Positions 18,764 through 27,856 of a DNA stretch of 52,764 bases are shown piece after piece. This DNA comes from a virus (taxonomy: Duplodnaviria; Caudoviricetes), in the IMG/VR virus record IMGVR_UViG_3300032288_004603, positions 1 to 52,764 of that record. One strand, written 5' to 3'. Within the stretch, counting starts at the first letter, position 1. The number at the start of each line of letters is the position of its first letter. The position numbers and the translations under genes are program-made. The notes under the pieces were generated by a model. It made no database searches, was not told where the DNA came from, and saw only the letters and a program-made list of their open reading frames with translations.

Positions 18764-19180
18764 AAAACCATAAAGTGCCACGACTTGCCGTCATTCCGTG
18801 AGCAGAATTTGTCGGTATGGTTTTTTAAGATACTATAGTAGAAGTTTAAGCCTTGGCGATTTCAGACTAACAAGACGAGATACAGCCTCTGTCTTTTAAT
18901 CTAACGTAGACGAGATACAGCCTCTGCCTTGAACCACATTACTAATCTTCGGAAAGGTAGTGTTTGAATTAATCTGTATTGGTTAATGAGGTCGGTATGC
19001 GGAACTCTAACTTGACGAGCACTTTGGGTTATTGCGGAACTCTAATGGTGATGAGTACTTGGTTGCTTATGGGGTTTAAACGGAAACGCTTTGTTCAGCG
19101 GAAAATAAAGTGAGGGGTGCGCACCCCTCATGGAACTTGGGTATCGGGAGAGTGGTAGCGCAACTGCTCTCACGATATCT
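18764..19180 (+). ncRNA. putative long structured ncRNA upstream of tRNA-Leu
   Basis: Own promoter + boxA-like motif, no ORF, multiple stems, two pairs of 35-nt period repeats, 20-bp perfect palindrome at 19111-19130. Confidence 0.55.
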
Positions 19181-19184
19181 TTTT

Positions 19185-19269
19185 GGTCGGGTGGTGGAAT
19201 AGGTAGACACGAGGGACTTAAAATCCCTTGCCACTAAATGGCGTGAGGGTTCGATTCCCTCCTCGACTA
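19185..19269 (+). tRNA. tRNA-Leu (TAA)
   Basis: AGGGA-CTTAAAA-TCCCT anticodon arm, long variable arm GCCA/TGGC, GGTTCGATTCC. Confidence 0.95.
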
Positions 19270-19315
19270 CAAAACGTCCATAATGGTAGTTTTAAATTGA
19301 CAAACAAAGAAGAAC

Positions 19316-19346
19316 AATGGGAGCAGAAATGTTCCCATTTTTTTTT
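19316..19346 (+). terminator. intrinsic terminator
   Basis: AATGGGAGCA-GAAA-TGTTCCCATT + T run. Confidence 0.75.
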
Positions 19347-19414
19347 GTTAAATAATTTGGAAATATAAAATAATATTCTTATCTTTGTATTGTCTAATTA
19401 TTAAAACAATGGTC

Positions 19415-19696
19415 ATGAGAAAGATGTTAGTTATCTGTAACGAAAAAGAATATGATTTTGATATTGATGAGGAGGAATACTCAATATTAAATGAGGAATA
19501 TCCATACGATTGTGATGATGATGAGTTTGATGATAATGAATTTGCACAATTCCTTATTGAAATAGATAACTTGGTTATCGAACTTATAGAATATACAGAA
19601 CCATTTGATAATATGAATTTAGATGATATTCATATTGAATACTTTGTGTCTAGGGATAATTACGATATTGTGGTTAATATTATTGATTTTAATTAG
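19415..19696 (+). CDS. highly acidic hypothetical protein
   Basis: ATG after repeat (alternative start 19409); D/E-rich. Confidence 0.75.
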   Translation: MRKMLVICNEKEYDFDIDEEEYSILNEEYPYDCDDDEFDDNEFAQFLIEIDNLVIELIEYTEPFDNMNLDDIHIEYFVSRDNYDIVVNIIDFN

Positions 19697-19750
19697 GATA
19701 TATCATTTTATATCCTTATCTTTGTATTGTCTAATTTAAAAACATATCTT

Positions 19751-19975
19751 ATGAAAGTAAAAGATTTAATCAAGCAACTTGAAGAATTAAACAAACCCGA
19801 TGCTGAAATAACATTGTTGGGTAATGTTGGTCATCCAGAAGATGAAGAAACTGATATATATTTTGACCTTGCTGAAATTTGGAATGATGGCGAAGATAGT
19901 ATTACTTTATTCGTTGGTTTAAGTGATGAAACTTTGGAACAAATAAATAATCAACAAAGAAATTTGGATATATAA
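19751..19975 (+). CDS. hypothetical protein (MKVKDLIKQL type)
   Basis: ATG after repeat. Confidence 0.8.
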   Translation: MKVKDLIKQLEELNKPDAEITLLGNVGHPEDEETDIYFDLAEIWNDGEDSITLFVGLSDETLEQINNQQRNLDI

Positions 19976-20021
19976 AAAATTATTCTTATCTTTGTATTGT
20001 CTAATTTAAAAACAATAAGTT

Positions 20022-20333
20022 ATGGGAAAGAAACTAAACGAAGAAGAAATCGAACAAGCGATTATCAATGACCCTAACACAATGTTTGAAACTTGTTGTT
20101 ATTGTGGTGGTGTTGAGGAAGGCATGGTTATGCACGAAGTTGATTATGAAAGTTTTGATGTTTGTTGTGATGAGTGCAACGACATGAAAGAAGCGTTTGA
20201 TGAATGGATTGAGGACGGAAATGTAATCGAATTTAAAGATGGTTACGGAACGCAAGACGCACAGTATTGTAACAGATTAAAAGATGAAAAAGAATTGTAC
20301 AAATATTTTATCAAAGAATTTTTTAGTGAATAA
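20022..20333 (+). CDS. hypothetical protein with CxxC pairs
   Basis: CCYC...CDEC; ATG after repeat. Confidence 0.8.
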   Translation: MGKKLNEEEIEQAIINDPNTMFETCCYCGGVEEGMVMHEVDYESFDVCCDECNDMKEAFDEWIEDGNVIEFKDGYGTQDAQYCNRLKDEKELYKYFIKEFFSE

Positions 20334-20407
20334 AAAGTTCATAAAAGATTTGGAAATATAAAATATTATTCTTATCTTTGTATTGTCTAATTTAAAAACA
20401 TATTATT

Positions 20408-20644
20408 ATGAATACACAAATTGTTCTTATTTCAGTTGATTACGATAACGCAAGAAAAGTGTGTGAGCGACTTGAAAATATGGTTTATCCAACCTTTGGT
20501 GCATTACACGATAAATTGATTGAAGAATTGGGTAGTAATGAGGGTTTTTTAATCTTTACTATTAGTCAATTTATGGATGAAGTGAATGACCAAATTTTGG
20601 ATAATTTAGAAAATTATTTTATGACCTATGTAAAAATTGGCTAA
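20408..20644 (+). CDS. hypothetical protein (cassette gene)
   Basis: ATG after repeat. Confidence 0.8.
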   Translation: MNTQIVLISVDYDNARKVCERLENMVYPTFGALHDKLIEELGSNEGFLIFTISQFMDEVNDQILDNLENYFMTYVKIG

Positions 20645-20704
20645 ATAATTTGGAAATATCATTTTATATTCTTATCTTTGTATTGTCTAATTAAAACAAG
20701 AAAC

Positions 20705-21004
20705 ATGGTAACAAAAACATTTAAGATTGGTGAGTACTGCAAAGGTGGAGTTATTACCGTTGAAGTAACTGCAAAGAAAGTAGCCGTTATTGCTAAAGAA
20801 TGGGATACTTCAAAGGGTTATAACAAAGGTAGTGACCAAAGTAAAGCGAAAGAATGGAATCGTTTAGAAGTATCAACTACTGATAGTGATGCTAGAAGCA
20901 AAGTAGATTGGTTTTTATTCGATTTAACAACGTCTTACTATGCCGATGAGGTAATGAAGTGGATTGAGTCAAAAGTATCGTTTAAAAGAGAATTTAATTG
21001 GTAA
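20705..21004 (+). CDS. hypothetical protein (cassette gene)
   Basis: ATG after repeat. Confidence 0.8.
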   Translation: MVTKTFKIGEYCKGGVITVEVTAKKVAVIAKEWDTSKGYNKGSDQSKAKEWNRLEVSTTDSDARSKVDWFLFDLTTSYYADEVMKWIESKVSFKREFNW

Positions 21005-21104
21005 AACACTAAAAAAAGGGTAAAATTTGCCCTTTTTTGCTCAAAAATTTGGAAAATTCGATTATTTTTATTATCTTTGTAGTGTCTAATTAAAACAAAA
21101 TATT

Positions 21105-21407
21105 ATGCAAAAGAGAACAATCATTAAAAACATTAAAGGTATCATTCTGAAACATGGTAGTTTTAGTGTAGCAGAAGTTGGGGGTGAATCAAGTCCATGT
21201 GTTGAATCAATAGGTAATACAATTGTATTGGCTGAATCATTTGATAGTAATTGTGCAACTTTAGTTACTTATGTGAATGATGAAGAAGTTGATGAAAATT
21301 ATGTTGTCTATCACGAACTATCAAAAGATGTGTTGGAAGAAATTTTAATCATTGCTGAAATGTACGAAGTTGACCAAGAAAAAACTTTAAAAAGAATTTC
21401 AAATTAA
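21105..21407 (+). CDS. hypothetical protein (cassette gene)
   Basis: ATG after repeat. Confidence 0.8.
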   Translation: MQKRTIIKNIKGIILKHGSFSVAEVGGESSPCVESIGNTIVLAESFDSNCATLVTYVNDEEVDENYVVYHELSKDVLEEILIIAEMYEVDQEKTLKRISN

Positions 21408-21467
21408 TTTGGAATTGTCAAAATAAATTCTTATCTTTGTAATGTCTAATAATTAAAACTTAAAAAC

Positions 21468-22103
21468 ATGGGACAGTATTTCACACCAGTAATTTTAAAA
21501 GAGGATAAAAAAACACCGATAGGGTTTGCGTATTCTCACGACTTCGGAAGCGGACTTAAACTAATGGAGCATTCGTGGATGAAAAATGACTTCGTTGGAT
21601 TCATTGAAAGTCTATTAACAAGGGGTAGACCATTTCACAAGTCACCGATAGTTTGGGCGGGCGACTATGCAGATGAAGAACCATTTGAAAGCATACCAAA
21701 GGAAGTAATTGATATGTTAGTTGAAAACGGTTACGAATTGGAAGACCTAAAAGAACGTGGAGCGAATACACAAAGTATTGCTGAACATTCAGCACCAAAG
21801 TTAAGACCTAACACACACAAAATTGAGGACTTTGATGCACTACCAATTGCAAAAACAAAGTACATTGTTAACCACGACAAAAAACAATTTGTTGATAAAA
21901 CAAAAGTACCTAAAGATTCAGACGGTTGGAGAATACACCCACTACCACTATTAACTTGTGAGGGTAACGGCAGAGGTGGTGGAGATTTCAGAGGGGAAAG
22001 TGATTTAGTTGGTAGTTGGGCGAGAGATGTTATTTCAGTTGAAAGCAAAAAAGCTGATATACCAAAAGACTATACAGAAATAATCTTTGATTTGGTCGAA
22101 TAA
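21468..22103 (+). CDS. conserved phage protein
   Basis: MGQYF, GLKLMEHSW, WAGDYAD, IHPLPLLTCEGNGRGGGDF and GSWARD motifs. Confidence 0.85.
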   Translation: MGQYFTPVILKEDKKTPIGFAYSHDFGSGLKLMEHSWMKNDFVGFIESLLTRGRPFHKSPIVWAGDYADEEPFESIPKEVIDMLVENGYELEDLKERGANTQSIAEHSAPKLRPNTHKIEDFDALPIAKTKYIVNHDKKQFVDKTKVPKDSDGWRIHPLPLLTCEGNGRGGGDFRGESDLVGSWARDVISVESKKADIPKDYTEIIFDLVE

Positions 22104-22154
22104 GACAAAGATACAACGTGTAAGGTTGTTTTAATAGACAAACAAAGAAGTGAG

Positions 22155-22178
22155 AGGGGAACGGTATGTTCCCCTTTT
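22155..22178 (+). terminator. intrinsic terminator
   Basis: GAGGGGAAC-GGTAT-GTTCCCCTT + T run. Confidence 0.7.
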
Positions 22179-22183
22179 GCTGT

Positions 22184-22201
22184 GTACACATATGTGTATA
22201 T
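22184..22201 (+). repeat. oriented palindrome GTACAC-N4-GTGTATAT, copy 5
   Basis: gtacacatatgtgtatat. Confidence 0.8.
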
Positions 22202-22265
22202 ACGTGTGTGGGTTGTTGGCTTTTTACTATCTGTTAAGATATTTACTATTATATTATTTTAAATA

Positions 22266-22463
22266 ATGGATAAATTAATAAATAAAAATATAGGATTGCA
22301 AAACTCTGGGATTAATGAGGATGAAGCTTGGTTAAGTATGTTAAAGAAAGCTCAAACCAAATTATTCAATGCTTATAAGAGAAAAGATACTGAAGCAATC
22401 GATAATAATCAAAAGGAAGTTGATTTCATTCAAAAGCAACTTATTAGGTTGTCACAAAGATAA
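22266..22463 (+). CDS. hypothetical protein
   Basis: No cassette promoter; preceded by GATATTTACT, a variant of the ATATTTAT motif. Confidence 0.65.
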   Translation: MDKLINKNIGLQNSGINEDEAWLSMLKKAQTKLFNAYKRKDTEAIDNNQKEVDFIQKQLIRLSQR

Positions 22464-22541
22464 TAATATTATTTTATATTTCCAAATGTTTTTTGATTAT
22501 TTTGTTTACAGTAGGTTGTTTACTGTAAATTAAACTTTATT

Positions 22542-22602
22542 GTAGGTTGGAGTCTACTCTTCTGTTCCTCTCGGCTCAGCCCATTGTCGTTTTATTGACA
22601 AT
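22542..22602 (-). ncRNA. dispersed structured sRNA, copy 4
   Basis: Minus-strand TATCTTTG, AUUGUC/GACAAU hairpin, GGGCUGAGCCGAGAGGAACAGAAGAGUAGACUCCAACCUAC. Confidence 0.75.
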
Positions 22603-22732
22603 ACAAAGATAAGGATAATAAATAATATATCCAAATTATTTAACAAAAAAAATAAATAAAAAAATATTGTTTTATATTTGGTAGTTTAAAAAATAATCCT
22701 TACCTTTGTAAGGTCAATTTAAAACAATAACA

Positions 22733-23278
22733 ATGGGAACAATTAAAGATGTAATTAACCTAGTTGAAACTTTACTAGCAAAGGAATTTACAATTAGTAC
22801 TTATTATGGTGAGCATAAAATTAGTGCTAAAGAAATTGGTTATCGTTTTGAGTTTAATAACAAGAAAAAAGCGTTTGGTACTTGTTATTATGGTCAAAAG
22901 AAAATATCTTTATCATTACCTTTATGTAGTGAGAATTTGGATAAGATTTATCCTAATATACAAAACACTATTTTACACGAAATTGCACACGCTTTTTCAG
23001 TCCACGTTTACGGAATTAGATTTGGTAGTGGACATGGGGATAATTGGAAATCTATTGCAAGACAAATTGGTTGTAATGGGGAAAGATGTTTCAATAGTAA
23101 TGAGGTAAATTTACCAAAAAGCAAATATAAATTGGTTTGCGATACTTGTGGATATGAAACGCCAAAATACAAATTAACAAGTAGGATAAACGACTTTGCT
23201 TGTGGTAGATGTTGTAAACAACATAACAACGGAAAATTTAGTGAAAAATATAAACTAAGATTATTGCAAAATTATTAA
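22733..23278 (+). CDS. SprT-like zinc metalloprotease
   Basis: TILHEIAH, GHGDNWK, C-terminal CDTC/CGRC zinc ribbon. Confidence 0.85.
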   Translation: MGTIKDVINLVETLLAKEFTISTYYGEHKISAKEIGYRFEFNNKKKAFGTCYYGQKKISLSLPLCSENLDKIYPNIQNTILHEIAHAFSVHVYGIRFGSGHGDNWKSIARQIGCNGERCFNSNEVNLPKSKYKLVCDTCGYETPKYKLTSRINDFACGRCCKQHNNGKFSEKYKLRLLQNY

Positions 23279-23344
23279 AAAAGATTTGGATAATTGAAAA
23301 ATTATCCTTATCTTTGTATTGTATAATTATTAAAACATAAACAA

Positions 23345-23557
23345 ATGGAAAAGATACCAACAGCAGAAGAGTTTATTGAAACGCACAATAGATTGAATGA
23401 TTCCTCAACAGAATTATTAATGATTGAATTTGCTAAACTTCACGTAAAAGCTACGTGTGAAGCTATTGCTAACGAGTATTATCCAAAGGATAAGGAAAAC
23501 TTTGAGATAGTTGCTGCAAGATTTATCAATGCTTATCCACTAAAAAACATTAAATAA
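23345..23557 (+). CDS. conserved small phage protein
   Basis: IPTAEE...MIEFAKLHV...NAYPLKNIK pattern. Confidence 0.8.
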   Translation: MEKIPTAEEFIETHNRLNDSSTELLMIEFAKLHVKATCEAIANEYYPKDKENFEIVAARFINAYPLKNIK

Positions 23558-23615
23558 ATTTGGAATTGTCAAAATAAATTCTTATCTTTGTATTGTCAAT
23601 TTAAAACAAGTAATT

Positions 23616-23813
23616 ATGAATGCAAAGGTAGAACAAATTTTAAGAAAGTCAGCTTACGATTTCGCAATCATGTGTGGTGCATCTGAAGCTGAAGCATTAG
23701 TCGAAGCAGACAATAAGATTAAGAGTGTAAATAAGGTCACTGAACAAGAGAAAAAACAAAAGTGGGTAGATATTACCACTGGAAAAAAACACACACCTAA
23801 AACCCCTTATTAA
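23616..23813 (+). CDS. hypothetical protein (cassette gene)
   Basis: ATG after repeat; terminator AAACCCC/GGGGTTT at its end. Confidence 0.75.
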   Translation: MNAKVEQILRKSAYDFAIMCGASEAEALVEADNKIKSVNKVTEQEKKQKWVDITTGKKHTPKTPY

Positions 23814-23847
23814 GGGGTTTTTTATATTTGAATAAACTTAAGTATAA

Positions 23848-23906
23848 GGTAGGTCGGAGTCTACTCTCCTGTTCCTTTCGGCTCAGCCCTTATCGTTCAT
23901 TGACAT
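23848..23906 (-). ncRNA. dispersed structured sRNA, copy 5
   Basis: Minus-strand TACCTTTG, GGGCUGAGCCGAAAGGAACAGGAGAGUAGACUCCGACCUACC. Confidence 0.75.
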
Positions 23907-24038
23907 AACAAAGGTAAGTATAATTTTTTAATCTACCAAATTATTTCACAACTTTTTTTAAAAATTATTTTCATTAAAAATTTGGAAATATCAAATAATA
24001 TATTTATCTTTGTATTAACAATTTAAAACAACAAAACA

Positions 24039-24323
24039 ATGAGTGCAATTTATGTATCCCCGATTGGGTTAAGCGTTTTTGATGACAAAAAAGAATTTGG
24101 TTATTTTACCATTACAGGAAACGCAAAAAGAAGTGAAACGATTGTTGAATTTGATTCAGCATACGACTTTGAAGAATTTATTCAAGAAAAAGTTAATTGC
24201 AAGGATATTCAATTCGATAGCGAGTTTTGTCAATTCTTTGCTTATGCAAAAACAAGGGCAACTGCTATGAGGTTTGTTACTGCTATTGAAAAACATTTTG
24301 ACAAAGTGAAAAAAATGTTGTAA
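24039..24323 (+). CDS. hypothetical protein (cassette gene)
   Basis: ATG after repeat. Confidence 0.8.
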   Translation: MSAIYVSPIGLSVFDDKKEFGYFTITGNAKRSETIVEFDSAYDFEEFIQEKVNCKDIQFDSEFCQFFAYAKTRATAMRFVTAIEKHFDKVKKML

Positions 24324-24382
24324 AACATTTGGAAATATCAAATAATATATTTATCTTTGTATTGTTCAATTAAAAACACATT

Positions 24383-24646
24383 ATGAAAAAAGTAAAAAAT
24401 AAGCACACAGTTTTGAAAGGTGAGGGTGCAAATCAACACACAATTTATGGCAATTTCAAAGTTGAAAGTGAAACTGCTGATTTTTCAGTAATTTCAGTAA
24501 AGGAAGATGCCGAGCTACGACACGAAGAACCCAATGGGGAATTTGCCGAGCATAACACATTGAAAGTTGATAAGGGAGTTTGGATTATGGGCAAACAAGT
24601 TGAGTATAACCCATTCAAAAGAACGATTAGTCAAGTTTGGGATTAA
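24383..24646 (+). CDS. conserved His-containing protein, typical DUF6745 partner
   Basis: LKGEGANQH...LRHEE...EH.TL...G.W...QVEY.P...V.D pattern. Confidence 0.7.
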   Translation: MKKVKNKHTVLKGEGANQHTIYGNFKVESETADFSVISVKEDAELRHEEPNGEFAEHNTLKVDKGVWIMGKQVEYNPFKRTISQVWD

Positions 24647-24720
24647 CTTTTTTTGAAAAAAATTTGGTTATATCATTTTTTATTCTTATCTTTGTAAGGT
24701 CAATTTAAAACAACAAAACA

Positions 24721-25125
24721 ATGGCTAATCCTTTAATTCATTCAAAATCCAGCGTTAAGCGTTGGGGTGGTAAAGTAGAAGATTATATTGCAATCCACGA
24801 ACTTATTGATAGTCCAAAGGCTACAATGAACAATAATTCATCAAGAGCATTAACCCACAATACTTGGTTTGCTTATACGATTATACCTAAAATTTTTGGT
24901 TACAATATAGTAAATTCAGACGGAAGAAGTGTTGATACCGTTGATATTGCTATGTTGCATATTGCCGAAGATTTCCGTATGAAATTCGTTCCGACACCAC
25001 AAGACTATTTAAAGCACATGGTTGTTCAACCTTGGTTTAACAATGGAGTGAAAGATATTGAGAACCCCGAAGCAACAAAGGTTGCAGAAGAATTTTTAGA
25101 AAAACTAAGAACTGAAAATAATTGA
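24721..25125 (+). CDS. DUF6915-like protein
   Basis: HSKSSVKRWGGKVEDYIAIH, RALTH and HIAED...PT..D.L motifs. Confidence 0.7.
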   Translation: MANPLIHSKSSVKRWGGKVEDYIAIHELIDSPKATMNNNSSRALTHNTWFAYTIIPKIFGYNIVNSDGRSVDTVDIAMLHIAEDFRMKFVPTPQDYLKHMVVQPWFNNGVKDIENPEATKVAEEFLEKLRTENN

Positions 25126-25189
25126 TAAATAATTTGGTCAATTAAAAAATTATACTTATATTTGTATTGTTAATTTAAAAAAAAAGAAA

Positions 25190-25831
25190 ATGATAACACA
25201 AGAAGAAGCAATTAAACTTTGGAAAGAACTTGGGGTTGAAAGTTGCACAATGGATTTTTATTGTGGTGGGGATAGTATGGGCGATACCTCATTTGTTTTG
25301 CTTGGTAGTGAGGGAATGATTGATTGTGATGAATTGTTAGACTTTTTTGAAGATGAAGTTTACAAGCACGTTGATTTTTATGTAAATTCAGACGGACACT
25401 ATCAAGGGGAAAGTGGGAATGTTGAAATTGTCTTGGAAGATTATGACGGTGAAGAAGAATTTAGTTACTCAAAGTCAGCAACAAGTGAGTGGAGTGAAAC
25501 TATTGACAATACATTGGAAGTTAAACTAACAGACGAAATGGTTAGTTTTATTGTGAACAATGTTTTAAACATTCGTGGTGGTTATGACGATAAACCTATT
25601 GTGAATTTCAAACAAGATTTCATAATGTCAGATGAAGAAGAAAAAATACTAAATGATATTAGTAACTTAATTGATAAAACTTGCGAAGATTTTGTGCCTG
25701 AAACTGATGATGAATTGGAAGAATGGTATAACTACACCACAAACGAAAGAGGGGAAGAAATTATCATTAAGGATAACAAGCTACAAATACAAATTTCAAA
25801 TAGTGTAATAGTTTTTACTGAAAGTGATTAA
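25190..25831 (+). CDS. DUF6878-like acidic protein
   Basis: F.CGGDS.G motif; adjacent to DUF6915-like gene. Confidence 0.55.
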   Translation: MITQEEAIKLWKELGVESCTMDFYCGGDSMGDTSFVLLGSEGMIDCDELLDFFEDEVYKHVDFYVNSDGHYQGESGNVEIVLEDYDGEEEFSYSKSATSEWSETIDNTLEVKLTDEMVSFIVNNVLNIRGGYDDKPIVNFKQDFIMSDEEEKILNDISNLIDKTCEDFVPETDDELEEWYNYTTNERGEEIIIKDNKLQIQISNSVIVFTESD

Positions 25832-25905
25832 AACTTTTGTATAAATTATTTGGAAATGTTATTTTATATTCTTATCTTTGTATTGTCTAATTAAAACAAC
25901 AAAAA

Positions 25906-26580
25906 ATGAAAGTAGTTATTGAGAATGTTATTTTTGATAAAGAAGTTGGTAGCAGACTTTTGAAGTTGAAACACGAAACTTGCCCTTATCCACAATTAGA
26001 GAATGAATGGGATAGTATTGTTCCTTTGTCATTCAAAGATATTGCCAAAATGAAAAACTTGGAAGAAAGGCGAATTGGTATTGTTTGTCTTGGGTTGGAT
26101 AGACTTATTAAGGAAGTAAACCCAAAACTTATTTCAAGTAAAACATTGAAGAAAAAAGCTAACTATATTGATAAAGACGGAAACCACATTAAAAAAACTT
26201 ACGAAGATACTTACGAACTTTACGAAGTGAGTGGGGAACAATTTAGTGAGGGGTTGGATAGTTGGCGAACTGCAAGTAATTCACACTATGTAAAATGTAA
26301 GGACACCTCAACGGATAGAGAATATCTTATTTGGGTTGATATTAGAGAAGTAAGTAGAACAAATGGGGGTAGTGGTTGGAGTGTTGAGGCAAAAGACGTA
26401 AACCCTATTCAATGTATTGCTTGGACTATTCAAACAAATGTTAAAGAGGGTAACATTGAAAAGATTATTCGACAAGGGGATTGTGTTTTGGTTAAACCGA
26501 TTAACCCTAATGATTTGTTGGATAACCCACGACACCTAACCGAAAAAGAATATAAAAAATTGCTTGTTGCAGAAAGTTAA
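25906..26580 (+). CDS. DUF6745-like protein with C-terminal RQGD motif
   Basis: NLEERR, YVKCKDTSTDREYLIWV, IAWT and IIRQGD motifs. Confidence 0.65.
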   Translation: MKVVIENVIFDKEVGSRLLKLKHETCPYPQLENEWDSIVPLSFKDIAKMKNLEERRIGIVCLGLDRLIKEVNPKLISSKTLKKKANYIDKDGNHIKKTYEDTYELYEVSGEQFSEGLDSWRTASNSHYVKCKDTSTDREYLIWVDIREVSRTNGGSGWSVEAKDVNPIQCIAWTIQTNVKEGNIEKIIRQGDCVLVKPINPNDLLDNPRHLTEKEYKKLLVAES

Positions 26581-26679
26581 ATTGTTGTTGTTTTAAGTTG
26601 ATGAAAAAAAGTGGCACTATTATTTGGTAGTGTCATTTTTTTTTCTTATCTTTGTATTAACAATTTAAAACAATAAACA

Positions 26680-26920
26680 ATGAGAAAAATTTCAACATTC
26701 GTATTTCTTTTTATCATTTCATTAATAGGTTTTGGGAATGAGTAATTGGAATCCAAATAGTGCAAAGCACAAGGCACAACATTGTGGTTACAAGGGTAAA
26801 CCAACAAAACAAAGTGTAAACGCTTTATTGAGCCTTTATTCAGCTTGTGTGGTAGTTAAGGAAACACCAAACCCAGTTTCAAAAAAAGAAATTGGCAAAC
26901 AATTAAAATTTGATTTTTAA
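26680..26920 (+). pseudogene. frameshifted secreted/membrane protein gene
   Basis: Signal-like 21 aa ORF (26680-26745) and downstream ORF in +1 frame; removing one T in ggttttggga fuses them. Confidence 0.5.
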
Positions 26921-26997
26921 CAAAAAAATATCGTTTTTTATTTGGTAGTTTCAAAAATAATCCTTATCTTTGTATTGTCTAATTAAAACAACAACTT

Positions 26998-27318
26998 ATG
27001 TCAGCAACAAATTTCCCAAAAGATGAAGTTACTTTCTTCGCAACAGATTTAACTATTAATGAAATGGTTAAACATTACACTTTCCAAGAACTTATGGCTA
27101 TGTTCCTATTCGGAAAGAATACAATTGAAAAGTTAGATTATATTGTTAAAAATAATCTTTTTGATGAATGCGAAGTACACCCTTTGGAAGTCCTTAAAGA
27201 TAAACTATACTTTCAGACAAAAACATTCATTGTGCAATTAGCACTTGAAAAAATGAATACTTGTGAAATAGTATTAATTGAATCAATGTGTAATGTAGCA
27301 ACATTATTTAAAAACTAA
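26998..27318 (+). CDS. hypothetical protein (cassette gene)
   Basis: ATG after repeat. Confidence 0.8.
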   Translation: MSATNFPKDEVTFFATDLTINEMVKHYTFQELMAMFLFGKNTIEKLDYIVKNNLFDECEVHPLEVLKDKLYFQTKTFIVQLALEKMNTCEIVLIESMCNVATLFKN

Positions 27319-27323
27319 TTAAG

Positions 27324-27470
27324 ATGAACGAGGAAGTTTCAGCACTATATTTAGATGAACAAGGTTGTTTATCTATTGACTACGGAACAACACCAATGTT
27401 TGTTGAGGGATTTGGGGAATGTGTATTCGGAGATTATATTGTTTACACCCAGAAAAAAAATCAAAAATAA
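27324..27470 (+). CDS. small hypothetical protein (48 aa)
   Basis: Read manually; fills gap before next promoter. Confidence 0.6.
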   Translation: MNEEVSALYLDEQGCLSIDYGTTPMFVEGFGECVFGDYIVYTQKKNQK

Positions 27471-27527
27471 TTAGGAAATATCGTTTTATATTATTATCTT
27501 TGTAGTGTCACTTTAAAACAATAAGAA

Positions 27528-27815
27528 ATGAAAGCAGAAATTAAAATTACAAGCAGTTACGGATTTGACCGCAATTGGACGTTGGTTGTATCAACGGCAA
27601 AAAAAACAAAGTCTTTCTATTTAGGACAAGACGTTAAGTTTTGCAGTAGAGTATTGGGTATGGAGCCTTCATACATTGTTCAACAAATTGGAACGTCAAC
27701 AATTGGGGAAGGAACAAGAGGTAACAAAAGACTTGCTAAATTCATTTGTAACGAACTTGGATTGAACGGAAGAAACATTGATAAGATTGAGCCTTGGGGG
27801 TTGTGTTGCCAATAG
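27528..27815 (+). CDS. hypothetical protein (cassette gene)
   Basis: ATG after repeat; FYLGQDVKFCSRVLG motif. Confidence 0.8.
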   Translation: MKAEIKITSSYGFDRNWTLVVSTAKKTKSFYLGQDVKFCSRVLGMEPSYIVQQIGTSTIGEGTRGNKRLAKFICNELGLNGRNIDKIEPWGLCCQ

Positions 27816-27826
27816 CACACAGCCTT

Positions 27827-27844
27827 GTACACAATTGTGTATAT
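27827..27844 (+). repeat. oriented palindrome GTACAC-N4-GTGTATAT, copy 6
   Basis: gtacacaattgtgtatat. Confidence 0.8.
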
Positions 27845-27856
27845 GCGCATACAAGA

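Noticed and set aside
18764-19180. tmRNA, RNase P RNA or TIGR array
   Set aside because: No tRNA-like ends or tag ORF, no RNase P P4 consensus, only two units per repeat type, and no Nop-domain gene nearby.
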